DNA from: a virus
Taxonomy: Duplodnaviria > Caudoviricetes
DNA length: 49,560 nt
Reading direction: 5' to 3' (one strand)
Virus record (IMG/VR): IMGVR_UViG_3300011338_000327
Location: 1 to 49,560 of that record
The first letter of the stretch is position 1; every line of letters begins with the position of its first letter. Both the position numbers and the translations under genes were made by a program. Below the pieces are notes generated by a model that worked only from the letters and a program-made list of their open reading frames with translations, was not told where the DNA came from and did no database searches. Of the stretch, positions 48,422-49,560 are shown in pieces.

Positions 48422-49560
48422 TCACTCAGAAAAGTCAATATATTCAGTTTTATCGACGATACTCTTCATTCCGCGATCCATTAATCGTGGCAATGTTTTT
48501 TTATCTTCAACCATGGTTGCAATAGCTCCACCACGCTGCCGCATCAAAAATACTAACAATGACAACGAATCCAAAGCATCTGGAGAATTTTGCCTAGTGC
48601 GTTTAACATAATCTTTTTTACTTTCCACGCGAACCATGCCTTTACCCTTTTGCATATAGCGTCTTCCAGTAGCTTGACGAACTAACGCATCGTTGCGGAA
48701 CCCCGGTGATATTTTTAGATATTCAAACTCCAAATACTTTGCCACTCCAAAAAGAAGCTCGGTGACAACCCCATTATAAAGCTCACTGGCTTTTTGCGAG
48801 TCGTCACCAAGAATATGTGTTTCCGTTGCAGCCCATGAATAATTCACACCCATGACTTCACTTCCAAACAAAGTCTTTAGCGAATCGTGGATTCCTGCTC
48901 CGTTACCAGTTCGATCAACACATAACCAGTTAGGAGCAATCTTCATGTTCTTACAGAACTTAATTATGTTATACGTCTGTTCTAGCGTAGCTGCTTTTGG
49001 GAACGTAATCTGCGAATCCATTTGCAATACTGTCCGTGCAGTCTTGAATTCAATAAATTGTCCGCTCATTGGTGTCCACCCATCAGAAAGCCCAAATCGA
49101 CCGAAAGAACAAATAACTTGGTCGTTACCCTCCAACGCCAAATCGAACGCTGCTAGCGGCACTACAGGCCCAATAAATCGCACGTTACCCATTGCGTTAT
49201 CCATCATGCTAGGGGTAATGATTGCCATGGAAATACCTTCCTGTGGGAACCAACCTCTAGCCATGGTAAAATATTCAGCTGTCCTGCCTTTGGCTTCGTA
49301 TGCCGTGTAACCTTCGTTTGTCTGTAAACCAGCAAATACAATCTTCCTCTCAATGACGTTCTCGCACCTAGCTGCGTCTAACCTTAAAACGTGCCAGTCA
49401 TCCCGTGACTCCCATTCAAAATCATCTTCGCAGTCAACACTCCCCCAGCCTCTGGCTGGCTCGCATCTTTTTCCAAATTCACTTGTCCTATCTTTCGGGT
49501 TACTTGCCGCGAAAATTTTAATGCGTCCCTTTGCGCCTTCCGTATCCGCAGCAGACAAAA
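48422..49560 (-). CDS. terL: Terminase large subunit, C-terminal part (5'-truncated by the window edge)
   Basis: ASNP coupling motif, AFDLALEGND, VDRTGNGAGIHDSL, VESKKD...SPDALD nuclease motifs. Confidence 0.9.
   Translation of the reverse strand, partial: LSAADTEGAKGRIKIFAASNPKDRTSEFGKRCEPARGWGSVDCEDDFEWESRDDWHVLRLDAARCENVIERKIVFAGLQTNEGYTAYEAKGRTAEYFTMARGWFPQEGISMAIITPSMMDNAMGNVRFIGPVVPLAAFDLALEGNDQVICSFGRFGLSDGWTPMSGQFIEFKTARTVLQMDSQITFPKAATLEQTYNIIKFCKNMKIAPNWLCVDRTGNGAGIHDSLKTLFGSEVMGVNYSWAATETHILGDDSQKASELYNGVVTELLFGVAKYLEFEYLKISPGFRNDALVRQATGRRYMQKGKGMVRVESKKDYVKRTRQNSPDALDSLSLLVFLMRQRGGAIATMVEDKKTLPRLMDRGMKSIVDKTEYIDFSE

Overview
About 49.5 kb of a tailed dsDNA bacteriophage genome with a podovirus-like layout; no tape-measure, tube or sheath gene is recognisable. 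Essentially all protein genes are on the minus strand. In transcription order (right to left) they are: C-terminal part of terminase large subunit, Cys-rich protein, portal, scaffold, two glycosyltransferases, an ~800 bp non-coding region, major capsid protein, collagen-like (Gly-Ala-Thr) fibres, an esterase-bearing spike, lysis cassette (holins, lipoprotein, CHAP amidase), metallophosphoesterase, more fibres, adaptor- and nozzle-like tail proteins with a free-standing GIY-YIG endonuclease between them, a GNAT-like protein, duplicated Gln/Ala-rich ejection-type proteins interrupted by a PAPS-reductase-family/CxxCxxCC gene pair, a 2033-aa polyvalent protein, an ATP-grasp ligase, an Erv/Alr-like sulfhydryl oxidase fusion broken by one amber codon, small early genes, ERF recombinase, a PD-(D/E)XK exonuclease and a DUF1376-type replication initiator. 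The most notable observations are four. (1) A ~330-nt multi-branched candidate ncRNA with several GAAA tetraloops lies on the otherwise silent + strand, behind a kissing-loop terminator, and back-to-back with a pseudoknotted capsid-gene leader. (2) An Erv-type disulfide oxidase occurs together with Cys-tipped virion proteins. (3) A GNAT-like gene sits directly before proteins with MGGSKS N-termini. (4) PP-loop/Fe-S, ATP-grasp and glycosyltransferase genes are embedded among structural genes, suggesting a virion post-translational modification toolkit. All family assignments are from motif recognition by eye; no database searches or folding computations were run.
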